A stretch of 64,000 nucleotides of DNA from an uncultured Pseudomonadales bacterium (lineage in GTDB: Bacteria > Patescibacteriota > Microgenomatia > UBA1400 > UBA12028): the NCBI GenBank assembly GCA_964635905.1, contig CAZWPK010000001.1, forward strand, positions 155,863-219,862, written 5' to 3'. The position numbers and the translations under genes were made by a program. The stretch's first letter is position 1. Each line of letters opens with the position of its first letter. Of this stretch, positions 10,275-18,692 are shown in pieces. Under the pieces are notes generated by a model. That model was not told the origin of the DNA. It was given only the letters and a program-made list of their open reading frames with translations, and did not search any database.

Positions 10275-11628
10275 GCATCAGCGCCAGAATATTGGAAGTT
10301 CCGTGCGTAAAGAGCGTAGGCAACTCCAGCGCGTTCTCAATCGCATGATCAATCCAGCTCTTGTCTCCATGTCGTTCAAGTAAGCTCTCTAACTGTTTTT
10401 CTAACTCTGTAGGGAGGGCTCGCCTGGAAATCGAACGTTGCTCAAAAATATCCCGAATGTTATGTTCCCATTCTCCCCAGGGTTCTAAGGTGAGGATAAA
10501 ACAGCCTGCTGCGGCAGCATCGTACGCCATATCCCCAGAAGGTTTGGTAATCACCCCATCTGCCCAAGGGAATCCATATCTGATCAAATATTCATTCGCC
10601 TGTACGACATGGGGAGAATAGAGAATGCGTAGAGGAGAGGACTCGTCATCCTTGGAACCCGTGGGGATTCCTTCCTGTTTGGCCACCGTATGCATCCGTT
10701 CGCGTAAATCATCATGCACTCCGACATACACAATGAGTTGAATTCCCGATTCATTTCCTCCGACAAGCTGCTCGCGAACCAGGGGAGCAAGGGAGCGTAC
10801 ACACGCCTCAATTTCATCTTGGTTATTTCCCAGTCCACCGGTGGTGATTAACAGACGCAGCTTGCGGGTATGATGTGCCGCTACGGTTTTGTGTTTTCGT
10901 GCTGCCACGATACGTGGATCGACTGGAGGACCGGTGACGATGACGCGTTTGGGGTCAACCTTTTTTTCTAACACATCTGCAAGTTCAAGAAAGGAGGTTT
11001 TTGTCGTGTCATCAAACACACAAAAACGCATGGAAGGAAGCTCCGCATGATCTAAGTATTGTGGACGTACGTGAGGATCTGTGACAACCTGCACGACATG
11101 TTTCCCCATGCCAGCCAGGATGTTCCCAGTTTCGTAATGAAACGAGAGAATTGGCGTCTGCACGTGCTCAAATAAATACAAGAGCGGGGTGGTGATGGCT
11201 TTGGTAATCGGTAACTTATTTCGTGCCTTCGTATCCACAAAATCTTTGAGCATTTTGAGGAGCTTATGACGTGCCATCGCTTTCCCCACTTCTTCGGTAA
11301 ACTCAATCGTATTCCAGTCTTTGCTCGAGACATAATTGGTGGGATCAACAAGCCAAGCTTTTTTTGGGTCCACCGCCTTCTTCCATACACCCATTGCCGC
11401 CGCCATGGCCATGGAATAATGGGCCCGTGAGAACAACACCTCCGGTCCATTTTCTCCAAAATAATCACTTACACCATGGAATCGTGCTAACTCATCACGA
11501 AAACTTGCGGCTACCGTCACAATGGGAATTCGTGTTTTTTCTAATAATGCCCGATCCTTTTTGAGCAAATGCAAATTTTCAGTGGCATTAAAGTCAAGTG
11601 ATGTGTCCATTACTATCGAGCATAGCAT
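10261..11628 (-). CDS. GT-B fold glycosyltransferase (MGDG synthase/UgtP/MurG-like, GT28-type)
   Basis: C-terminal 'RLLITTGGLGNN' and 'VITKPSGDMAYDAAAAGCFILTLEPWGEWEHN' resemble GT28 donor-binding motifs. Assignment by eye. Confidence 0.5.
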   Translation of the reverse strand: MLCSIVMDTSLDFNATENLHLLKKDRALLEKTRIPIVTVAASFRDELARFHGVSDYFGENGPEVLFSRAHYSMAMAAAMGVWKKAVDPKKAWLVDPTNYVSSKDWNTIEFTEEVGKAMARHKLLKMLKDFVDTKARNKLPITKAITTPLLYLFEHVQTPILSFHYETGNILAGMGKHVVQVVTDPHVRPQYLDHAELPSMRFCVFDDTTKTSFLELADVLEKKVDPKRVIVTGPPVDPRIVAARKHKTVAAHHTRKLRLLITTGGLGNNQDEIEACVRSLAPLVREQLVGGNESGIQLIVYVGVHDDLRERMHTVAKQEGIPTGSKDDESSPLRILYSPHVVQANEYLIRYGFPWADGVITKPSGDMAYDAAAAGCFILTLEPWGEWEHNIRDIFEQRSISRRALPTELEKQLESLLERHGDKSWIDHAIENALELPTLFTHGTSNILALMPRTD

Positions 11629-11711
11629 GAGCGGAAGAGAGAAGAAAAGGTAGTCATTAGCTTGTGCTTTACTTCGGGTTTTAAGACCTTCATACTGGAA
11701 TTACAGATACT

Positions 11712-12369
11712 ATGCATGACGAAAATCTGAGAAAAGAAATTGAGCGAAAACGCTTAGAAGGAATTAGTGCAGAAGAACTTGCCCAGTTGTACTCTGTGCC
11801 ACGAGGAACGGTGTATCAGTGGGTTAGAAACCTAACCTTATCTTCAGATGCGAGGAGCCGCTTGGAAAGTAATAGTATATTGGGGAGTAAGAAAGAGAGA
11901 GAGACCAGCCTAAAAAATAAACAGTTACAAGAACTCAAGATCAGGGAGACTGTTGTATCTGAGCTTGCCACGATCCAGTTACCCATATCAGTGGGGAAAC
12001 TACTGTGTGCATTTTTGTATTGGGCAGAGGGCGCAAAAGACAGAGTACCTTACTTTTATTAACTCTGATCCAAAAATGATTCATACATTTTTATACCTCT
12101 TTAGAAGGTTCTTTAATCCTGATGAAACGAAGTTTAGAGTAATCGTTCATTTACATCCGTATCACAATCCTACAGAAGTACTTTCTTTTTGGGCCACTAC
12201 TACAAAAATACCGTTATCTCAATTCAACAAACCCTACTTAAAGAAGAATTCTGGGATTAATAAAAAAGACGGATACCTAGGCTGCATAAGTGTCCGATAT
12301 TATGATGCCAAAATTGCCAAAGAGATATTCTGGCTATATACTACTTTTTCGAGCACATTAGGGGCGTAG
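11712..12369 (+). pseudogene. HTH-domain protein split by a +1 frameshift (two overlapping ORFs 11712-12062 and 11953-12369); stop codon overlaps tRNA-Trp 5' end
   Basis: N-terminal HTH 'ISAEELAQLYSVPRGTVYQWVRNL'. Frames switch near an A-run at ~12044-12050 ('gcaaaagacagag'). Second ORF continues 220 aa total. No DDE or recombinase motifs seen. Confidence 0.4.
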
Positions 12370-12430
12370 TTTAGTGGCAGAACAGGAGACTCCAAATCTC
12401 TTAGCGAGGGTCCGATTCCTTCCGCCCCTG
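12360..12430 (+). tRNA. tRNA-Trp (anticodon CCA), no encoded CCA end
   Basis: Acceptor AGGGGCG/CGCCCCT, U8. D-stem GTTT/GAAC. Anticodon stem GGAGA/TCTCT, loop CTCCAAA. T-stem GAGGG/CCTTC (one GU), loop TCCGATT. Discriminator G. Folded by eye. Confidence 0.75.
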
Positions 12431-12538
12431 CAAATATATTTAAGCTTGATTAATCAATGTAATTAATTCAATAAGAACGGTCTTTATCTTCCTTCGAACC
12501 TACTATATTTTGCGGAGTCTTTCGTTATAATACTCCAA

Positions 12539-13783
12539 ATGAATTACGAAAGAATGACTATTGATGAGCTAAAGATATTTTTGCAAGAATCTGTGCCATC
12601 TCAAGAATACTTCCAAAATCCGTATTTTTACTTAGAAAGGATGAGGGAAATAAGCGCAATCCTTTGGATGCCTAATCTAAAGTCTTGGCTGGTGACAGAC
12701 TATGCAACAGTAAATCAAGGTTTAAAAGACAAACGATTCTCAGTAAATAGAAAACAAAAATTCTTCGATAATCTCTCAACAAGTGAGTCTTCAGAACTAC
12801 AACCACTTAGGAACTTTTTTGAGCGATGGTTAATGTTTATAGATCCTCCTTATCATGAAAAACTGAAATCACTGCTGACAAAGTCATTTTCACCTGCATC
12901 GATGCGTCATTTTTCTGAACGCATCAGTAGCTCTGCAGAGAAAGTTTTGATTGATACCCCAAATGGTGAAGTTGATTTTCTCGAATCTTTTGCTATTCCC
13001 TATAGCGTGAATGCGCTGGCAGAAATCCTTGGGATCGATGCTGACGACTATATATCTATTGTTCATTGGACTGAGCAGTTATTGAGTTTCTATGGTGGAA
13101 ATTCGGCAGATATTAGTAAGGGTAGGGAAGCACTGCCTGCATATCATGGGCTAGTTCATTACATGAATAGTGTCATCGATTCAAAAAAAGAGAATGCTGG
13201 AGTAGATATTATCTCTGAACTTGTTCATTTTATGGATGAGGGCGTTATATCAAGAGATGAATTATCAGCTATCGTCGCAAACTTACTTGTAGATGGCCAC
13301 GAGCCTGTAGCTCATACGTTATCGAACGGAGTGTATGAATTGCTCCAAAATCCAGAGCAATTAAGAAAATTAAATGACAATCCAAGTTTAATTCCACAAA
13401 CTGCAGAGGAATTCCTGAGAATAAATCCATATTTCCAATATAGCGCTCGGAGAGCTACTGAAGATTTGGAATTAGGGGACGTGAGTATCAAGGAGAATGA
13501 AAGGGTGATGTTTATGTTGGGAGCTGCTAATAGAGATCCAAAGGTATTCGAGTCTCCAAACGAATTACAATTAGACCGTCAAGAAAATAAGCATCTGTCA
13601 TTTGGACAAGGAATTCATTTTTGTTTGGGTGCGGCACTTGGCAGAGCAACGACCAAGATTGCGCTCGAAAAAATTATTTCGACAAAAAATATTAGTACTA
13701 TCCCAAATCAACGATACGACTGGAAACAGTCCGTAGGCTACAGAGGGCTTCAGAGACTGCCATTGCATTGGGAATCAAAGTAA
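12539..13783 (+). CDS. Cytochrome P450
   Basis: Heme-thiolate loop 'FGQGIHFCLGAALGR', ExxR 'EEFLR', I-helix-like 'LLVDGHEPV'. 414 aa. Very low GC. Confidence 0.85.
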   Translation: MNYERMTIDELKIFLQESVPSQEYFQNPYFYLERMREISAILWMPNLKSWLVTDYATVNQGLKDKRFSVNRKQKFFDNLSTSESSELQPLRNFFERWLMFIDPPYHEKLKSLLTKSFSPASMRHFSERISSSAEKVLIDTPNGEVDFLESFAIPYSVNALAEILGIDADDYISIVHWTEQLLSFYGGNSADISKGREALPAYHGLVHYMNSVIDSKKENAGVDIISELVHFMDEGVISRDELSAIVANLLVDGHEPVAHTLSNGVYELLQNPEQLRKLNDNPSLIPQTAEEFLRINPYFQYSARRATEDLELGDVSIKENERVMFMLGAANRDPKVFESPNELQLDRQENKHLSFGQGIHFCLGAALGRATTKIALEKIISTKNISTIPNQRYDWKQSVGYRGLQRLPLHWESK

Positions 13784-14284
13784 ATCTTTTACAGTATATT
13801 CAATAAGAGCATTTTTCTTTTCATATAAAAAAGAAAAGATTTTTGGTGTATTTGACTGTATTGCATCTAGAAGGAAATGGGGAATATTTTCCACAACTTC
13901 TTTGTTTTTCGGATTCAAAGCCCAATCTACCTCTTTCCACTCCAATATACCTTCTTCTGAAGCAATCAAATCTCTTGTCTCGATGATATCTGGAATTTGA
14001 AATACAAAAAGGTGAGTTCCGCCAATGCGGTCTTCATCCTGTATGTACCATTGTACGATCCCTTTATAGTTTTCATTTTTAACTTCTACATGAAGACCTG
14101 ATTCCTCGAAAAGCTCCTTTTTAATATTCTGATCGGGTGTTTCATCTATTTCAATCTTTCCCCCTAAACCATTCCAGAGGAGAGCATTTGGTGGATAGTT
14201 TCGCAGCAACATAAGCACTCTATTTTTGGAAATACAAAAGCCAAGCGTGTATTTGACGTCAAAATTTACTTTGTTTTCAATCAT
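13775..14284 (-). CDS. NUDIX hydrolase
   Basis: Nudix box 'GGKIEIDETPDQNIKKELFEESGL' (Gx5Ex7REUxEExGU pattern). 169 aa. Convergent and overlapping the P450 3' end. Confidence 0.8.
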   Translation of the reverse strand: MIENKVNFDVKYTLGFCISKNRVLMLLRNYPPNALLWNGLGGKIEIDETPDQNIKKELFEESGLHVEVKNENYKGIVQWYIQDEDRIGGTHLFVFQIPDIIETRDLIASEEGILEWKEVDWALNPKNKEVVENIPHFLLDAIQSNTPKIFSFLYEKKNALIEYTVKDLL

Positions 14285-15531
14285 ATAATTTCTATGGTCT
14301 GACTTCTTTCAGGCCCTACAGAAATAATTCTAACAGGTATCTGGAGTTCATCTTCAATAAACTGCACATAATTCTGGCAATTTTTAGGAAGTTCCGAATA
14401 TTTTCTAGCTGAAGAAATATCAGTACTCCATCCTGGTAGGTCTTTATAGATTGGTCTCACGCTCAATAAGTTAAATATCTGGCCTGGTTGATCATTCTCG
14501 TCGTAGGATGTACAGACACGAATATTTTCAAAGCTGGAGAGCACATCTAATTTTGTGAGTGCTATTTCTTTTACCCCATTCATTTTAATTGCGTATTTCA
14601 ACATAGGGAGATCCAGCCATCCGCAGCGTCTTGGTCGTTTTGATATAGTCCCATACTCATGTCCAACCTCTCTCAATTTTGCTCCAGATTCATTTTCTTG
14701 CTCAGTTGGGAATGGGCCACTACCAACTCGTATCGTATAGGCTCTCACTATTCCCAAAACGTCTATCTCCAAAGGAGGAAGACCTACATTTGGAAATACT
14801 GATGATGCAAGTGTATTGTAAGCAACAGTGAAAGGGTATGTGCCAAAGGAATAATCGAGATAGAACGCTTGAGCAGACTCAAAAAGATACTTGCTTGTCT
14901 GAAAATTTTCAATAATGACTTCTGCGACTGGTCTGAAATATTTACTTAGAAGTTTTCCGTAGTGCAAATATTGTTCGACAATTTCTGATACATTTAGCTT
15001 TGTAGACTTTCCATATACATGTTCTAGTCTTCTCTTCTTTAACTCCCATACTTCATTTATTTTTGAAGCTAATATCTCTTTGTCTAAGAGGTCAACAAGT
15101 CGTATTCCATCTCTGTTAGTTTTGTCTTCATATGAGAATCCGACACCTAATTTTAGTGAACCAACTTTTTGTGAACGATATTCCTCTGACGCTTCATCCA
15201 GAGCAACATGATACGGCATGATTACATGGCATCTCGGATCGATAGAGAGTTTGAAGCTCGAGCTAAATGTTTTAACTTTTTCAATTTCTTTTAATAAAGT
15301 AGAGGGACTTATAGAACAGCCTTGAGCTATGAGCACAGGGTGACCAGAAAGTACTGAAGACGGTAAGTGAGAGAGGGGAAGTTTGTTTTCTCCGACAACA
15401 ACGGTATGTCCAGCATTGTTTGCCCCATTGAAACGAACGCCAGCATCAAAACGATTTCCAAGAAAATCTGCAATTTTCCCTTTACCTTCATCCCCAAATT
15501 GCAATCCGAGGAGGATTAATGAATTTGACAT
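14281..15531 (-). CDS. Adenylosuccinate synthetase homolog (PurA-like), divergent IMP-binding motifs
   Basis: 'GDEGKGKIADFL', 'NNAGHTV', 'TKLDVL', 'RVGSGPFPTE', 'GWLD', C-terminal 'SVGPERSQTI' all PurA-like. Canonical 'GTTGRGIGPAYEDK' is replaced by 'KLGVGFSYEDK'. Confidence 0.75.
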   Translation of the reverse strand: MSNSLILLGLQFGDEGKGKIADFLGNRFDAGVRFNGANNAGHTVVVGENKLPLSHLPSSVLSGHPVLIAQGCSISPSTLLKEIEKVKTFSSSFKLSIDPRCHVIMPYHVALDEASEEYRSQKVGSLKLGVGFSYEDKTNRDGIRLVDLLDKEILASKINEVWELKKRRLEHVYGKSTKLNVSEIVEQYLHYGKLLSKYFRPVAEVIIENFQTSKYLFESAQAFYLDYSFGTYPFTVAYNTLASSVFPNVGLPPLEIDVLGIVRAYTIRVGSGPFPTEQENESGAKLREVGHEYGTISKRPRRCGWLDLPMLKYAIKMNGVKEIALTKLDVLSSFENIRVCTSYDENDQPGQIFNLLSVRPIYKDLPGWSTDISSARKYSELPKNCQNYVQFIEDELQIPVRIISVGPERSQTIEII

Positions 15532-15766
15532 AGTAAGTCTACTTAAATGTTCGGATATAGTACAGTAAATTGATTCCAGATCGAATAGGAAGTTTTAGCT
15601 TGAAGAGTATTTTTTGTTAAATAGGTTCTGACGTCCTCCACTAAGCCCTGCAAAATAGAGATAGATTGATATTGCAATCTAAAAACCAACTTTCTCGAAT
15701 ATCGATCCACAAAGACATACAAAACTGGGTTCACAGTGACTTTGGGAAATGATATATTCTTCTTTT

Positions 15767-16113
15767 ATGTCTAATCTTTATAAAACAGTGGACTCTGTAC
15801 GAATAGAGTTTGAAAAGGGAGCATCTCAGCAAAACTATTAGCCTCTTTATACTCGAGTTATCACAAACTTGAAGACATTGATTCATTTATAGATAGCTCG
15901 GTTAAACTCTTCCCATCACTAAATTGTGGTATCGCAAGTGTGTATCTTAAACATCTTCTGGATCAAGGTGTGGTTATAAATGGTAAATATGATAACAATA
16001 ATCATACTTTTCTTGCGCTATGTGATGGAAAGATTGTCTACATAACTGCAGATCAATTTGGTGGACCAAAGATATATATAGGTCCGATGAATTTTGCTTG
16101 GAAGTTAAGGTAG
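15767..16113 (+). pseudogene. Frameshifted copy of the 114-aa protein family represented intact at 26945-27289
   Basis: Translation 'MSNLYKTVDSVRIEFEKG...' then -1 shift '...LFPSLNCGIASVYLKHLL..NHTFLAL.DGKIVYITADQFGGPKIYIGPMN' aligns with 26945-27289 product ('LFPTLNCGIASVYLEYVL..HHTFLFIDGITVVDITADQYAGPVIYIGPLN'). Confidence 0.55.
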
Positions 16114-16150
16114 GTTCGAACATCTTCCACGCACCCCAGTAGAATGTCCA
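16113..16150 (+). repeat. Degenerate copy of tRNA-Trp 3' end (T-arm/acceptor-like), repeat A
   Basis: 'GGTTCGAACATCTTCCACGCACCCCAGTAGAATG' begins at the stop codon of the pseudogene. Aligns to tRNA-Trp 3' half 'GGGTCCGATTCCTTCCGCCCCTGCA' and to repeats B-E. Confidence 0.45.
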
Positions 16151-16163
16151 TTGTCATGAAATA

Positions 16164-16778
16164 TTAATCTACGGTAGGAGATTGATGGTTCAAAAACCGG
16201 TCAATTTTATTTTCATGCAAAACAATAAATTCTTCATTGACAATATTGACCTCAGGATCTCTAAGTTCATCAATTAGTCCTACAGCTTGTAACTTTGTGA
16301 GAATCACCCCACTTCGAGTATGACCGTTCTTCCATTGTTCTTGATAAAAATGAATTGCATTAATCGCAGTTTCTCTATCCAATCTCATTCCTGAGAGTAT
16401 TTTTCTGACGGCTTCCCATTCATGGTAGCTATCATCTTCTTTAAATAAACCTAAATTCGCATCAATACTTTTTCGTACATCGCGCATTTCCATTGGGTTC
16501 AGGGGTATGAGAGTTGCCTCAGATGGACTATCGATCAGGCCAAGTAATTCAAGTTTAAGTAAAACCGTGCCTGCTGCTCCCGAACCATTTTTTCGATCTC
16601 TTACTAAAATGTCGATCATCTTTTGAGCTGAAAGATGATCGCCAATCTCTAGGTTGAAAAGGATCTTGTTGATTTCTTGCCAATCGACTGATTCAACATA
16701 CGCCTCACTCCACTCTCTTTTGTTAGAAAAACCTAATCGTTGCCAATCAGGAAGCTGTTGGTGTTGATCACCGTCCAT
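16164..16778 (-). CDS. Hypothetical protein with internal duplicated segment
   Basis: 204 aa. Two similar segments 'GTVLLKLELLGLIDSP' and 'GVILTKLQAVGLIDEL'. No known motif. Confidence 0.4.
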   Translation of the reverse strand: MDGDQHQQLPDWQRLGFSNKREWSEAYVESVDWQEINKILFNLEIGDHLSAQKMIDILVRDRKNGSGAAGTVLLKLELLGLIDSPSEATLIPLNPMEMRDVRKSIDANLGLFKEDDSYHEWEAVRKILSGMRLDRETAINAIHFYQEQWKNGHTRSGVILTKLQAVGLIDELRDPEVNIVNEEFIVLHENKIDRFLNHQSPTVD

Positions 16779-16949
16779 ATGTGATCAGATTAGCACGAAA
16801 TATTTGTGAGAAATAGGCTCCAACATCCATTTGTTTCCACGATATGCAAATGAAGACGCTCACTCCTATATGGGGTATAAGCGAAAGACGACTGGGGAGC
16901 AGTGTTTACGTTATGCCGAAAATATGCAATTGGCTCTAGAACGGAAATT

Positions 16950-16990
16950 GGTTCGAACATCCTCCACGAGTCCCTGCAAGGACATTTTTC
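16950..16990 (+). repeat. Degenerate copy of tRNA-Trp 3' end, repeat B
   Basis: 'GGTTCGAACATCCTCCACGAGTCCCTGCAAGGACAT' shares 'TCCCTGCAA' with the tRNA-Trp end 'CCCCTGCAAA'. Lies 9 nt after the stop of a 32-aa ORF remnant. Confidence 0.45.
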
Positions 16991-17027
16991 TCGAGTAAAA
17001 ACTTTTGACAGACGCGAGGAATCGAAC

Positions 17028-17771
17028 CTAAAACTCTTTTAGGTAACAGATTTTCTTTTCTCCATAAAATCGAAGATTCTTTGCTTTCCCAGCAAAACGT
17101 ATTTCTACAGCTGCAAAGTGTTCTTCAGAATGAAAGCTAAAAGTAAATCCTTTTGAAAAAGCAAGATGAAGAGTGTCTCTTTCTACTGCAAATGACTGGA
17201 ATGAGAGTAGTTTTTCAGCAAGAGAATCAAGAATAGAGTCAATTTCTTTTTTGGAATTTGATGAGCTTTCTATTAATGCTTTACCTTCTTCGTCTTTCAG
17301 ACTCCACTTCGCATAGGTACAAAATACTGAATCATTTGAAAACCGAGCTTGAAGGATGGTTCCATAAACGCGGAATATTTTTGTGATTGCTTGACCTTCA
17401 AGTGCTTGGAAATCTAGAGAGAGCTGGTTTTTCGTGATAGGAACCTTTTGTGCCAGTTGCTTCAACAAGTGGTATCTATCGAAACTATGACAAGCTTTTG
17501 GATTCAGAATCCCTCTATTTCCAACAGGTGACTTTTCAATCCTATCCAATGCATATGCATGGAGTTCGGTTGGGAATGAATAGAGTTCAAACTCTCCCTT
17601 ATCTGTTTCGATAAAATGGCGCCAAACTTTCCGTCCAATATAGTCAAAATAGGTAACGTAGGTGATCGTACCTACTCCGAAGTGGTCAAGGATACCTTGT
17701 AGCACTGGCAAGCTATAAATACTCTTCATGCAACTAATTATATCTTGGAATGGATAAATGGGCTCGATCAT
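17028..17771 (-). CDS. Hypothetical protein
   Basis: 247-aa ORF, AT-rich. No motif recognised. Confidence 0.4.
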   Translation of the reverse strand: MIEPIYPFQDIISCMKSIYSLPVLQGILDHFGVGTITYVTYFDYIGRKVWRHFIETDKGEFELYSFPTELHAYALDRIEKSPVGNRGILNPKACHSFDRYHLLKQLAQKVPITKNQLSLDFQALEGQAITKIFRVYGTILQARFSNDSVFCTYAKWSLKDEEGKALIESSSNSKKEIDSILDSLAEKLLSFQSFAVERDTLHLAFSKGFTFSFHSEEHFAAVEIRFAGKAKNLRFYGEKKICYLKEF

Positions 17772-17934
17772 CTCACGCCTTTGGCGGGCAAGCCTGCAAT
17801 GTTTTAGTTGTTCCCCAGGTGTTTAGAGAAAACCATCTCTAAGGTGGATTAGAATAAAATCTGCAACGGAATTTGATCACGTCGGTTACGTTCGAATTGT
17901 TTCAAGACAAGACCGTCTGTTGTATTGACAAAAC

Positions 17935-18246
17935 ATGTACAAAACCTATCATTCTTGTATGGCTTTAAAGCTTAGTTTTAATGAGGAAAAGAATCAAATA
18001 TTAAAAGCTACTCGCGGAATCTGTTTTGATGATGTGGTTGAAGCGATCAAGAAAAAGAAGCTTTTAGCTACTATTGCTCATCCAAGCACCAAACATTCAA
18101 ATCAGTGGATCTATATCATTGAGATTGAAGGCTATGCCTACGCAGTTCCGTACGTAAAAAACGCAAAAAAAAATGAAATATTTCTTAAAAGTGTCTATGC
18201 AAGTCGATTCATGACAAAAAAGTATATAAAAAGGAGAAGCAAATGA
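17935..18246 (+). CDS. BrnT-family (DUF497) type II toxin
   Basis: ~100-aa protein, 'FNEEKNQILKATRGICFDDVVEAI...IYIIEIEGYAYAVPYV', consistent with BrnT ribonuclease toxin. ATGA overlap with downstream BrnA-like gene. Confidence 0.6.
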   Translation: MYKTYHSCMALKLSFNEEKNQILKATRGICFDDVVEAIKKKKLLATIAHPSTKHSNQWIYIIEIEGYAYAVPYVKNAKKNEIFLKSVYASRFMTKKYIKRRSK

Positions 18247-18548
18247 AAAGAATCCAAGATCCTTTTATCAATCTGGTATTGGACGAAGAAGAGAAAGCAC
18301 TAGAAGAAACCTTTGAGCGCGGAGATTTTGAGGAAGATGCTCATCTTGAAGATACAAAGAAAATGCTGGAAGAAGCTGCTACACGCTATAGTCAGCTACA
18401 TACCTCAAAACCAGTTACCATTCGTATCAAGCAGCTAGATTTAATAAAAGTGAAATCAAGAGCGAAAGCCAAGAATATTCCCTATCAAACATTGATTGGT
18501 TCAGTTATCCATCAATATGCAGAGGGGAATGAAAAATTAAGTTTATAA
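18243..18548 (+). CDS. BrnA-family antitoxin (C-terminal RHH-like)
   Basis: C-terminal 'VTIRIKQLDLIKVKSRAKAKNIPYQTLIGSVIHQYAEG' matches BrnA hallmark (..ITIRLD.D....K..A...G.GYQT.IN..LREY). Confidence 0.65.
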   Translation: MKRIQDPFINLVLDEEEKALEETFERGDFEEDAHLEDTKKMLEEAATRYSQLHTSKPVTIRIKQLDLIKVKSRAKAKNIPYQTLIGSVIHQYAEGNEKLSL

Positions 18549-18550
18549 TA

Positions 18551-18593
18551 GGTTCAAACATTCTCCACGTGTCTTCTCCCAAGAAGTGCACAT
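18551..18593 (+). repeat. Degenerate copy of tRNA-Trp 3' end, repeat C
   Basis: 'GGTTCAAACATTCTCCACGTGTCTTCTCCCAAGAAGTGCACAT' directly after the BrnA stop codon. Confidence 0.45.
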
Positions 18594-18692
18594 CGACAAT
18601 ACGACTCTCCTCAACTAAAACTGCTATCAGAGCAATTGAGAGTATGCATAATAGTAGTTGCAATACTAATCCGCATAATGTATACTCAGTTC

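Noticed and set aside
11712-12369. Frameshifted HTH ORF as an IS transposase (OrfA/OrfB) or LAGLIDADG homing endonuclease
   Set aside because: Total length of about 220 aa with no DDE triad. It has only a weak LYWAEGAK resemblance to LAGLIDADG and no second motif, so I kept it as an unknown HTH protein.
15543-15734. 63-aa minus-strand ORF upstream of the purA-like gene
   Set aside because: It lies in the AT-rich divergent promoter region between purA-like and the pseudogene, with no RBS or motif, so it is likely spurious.
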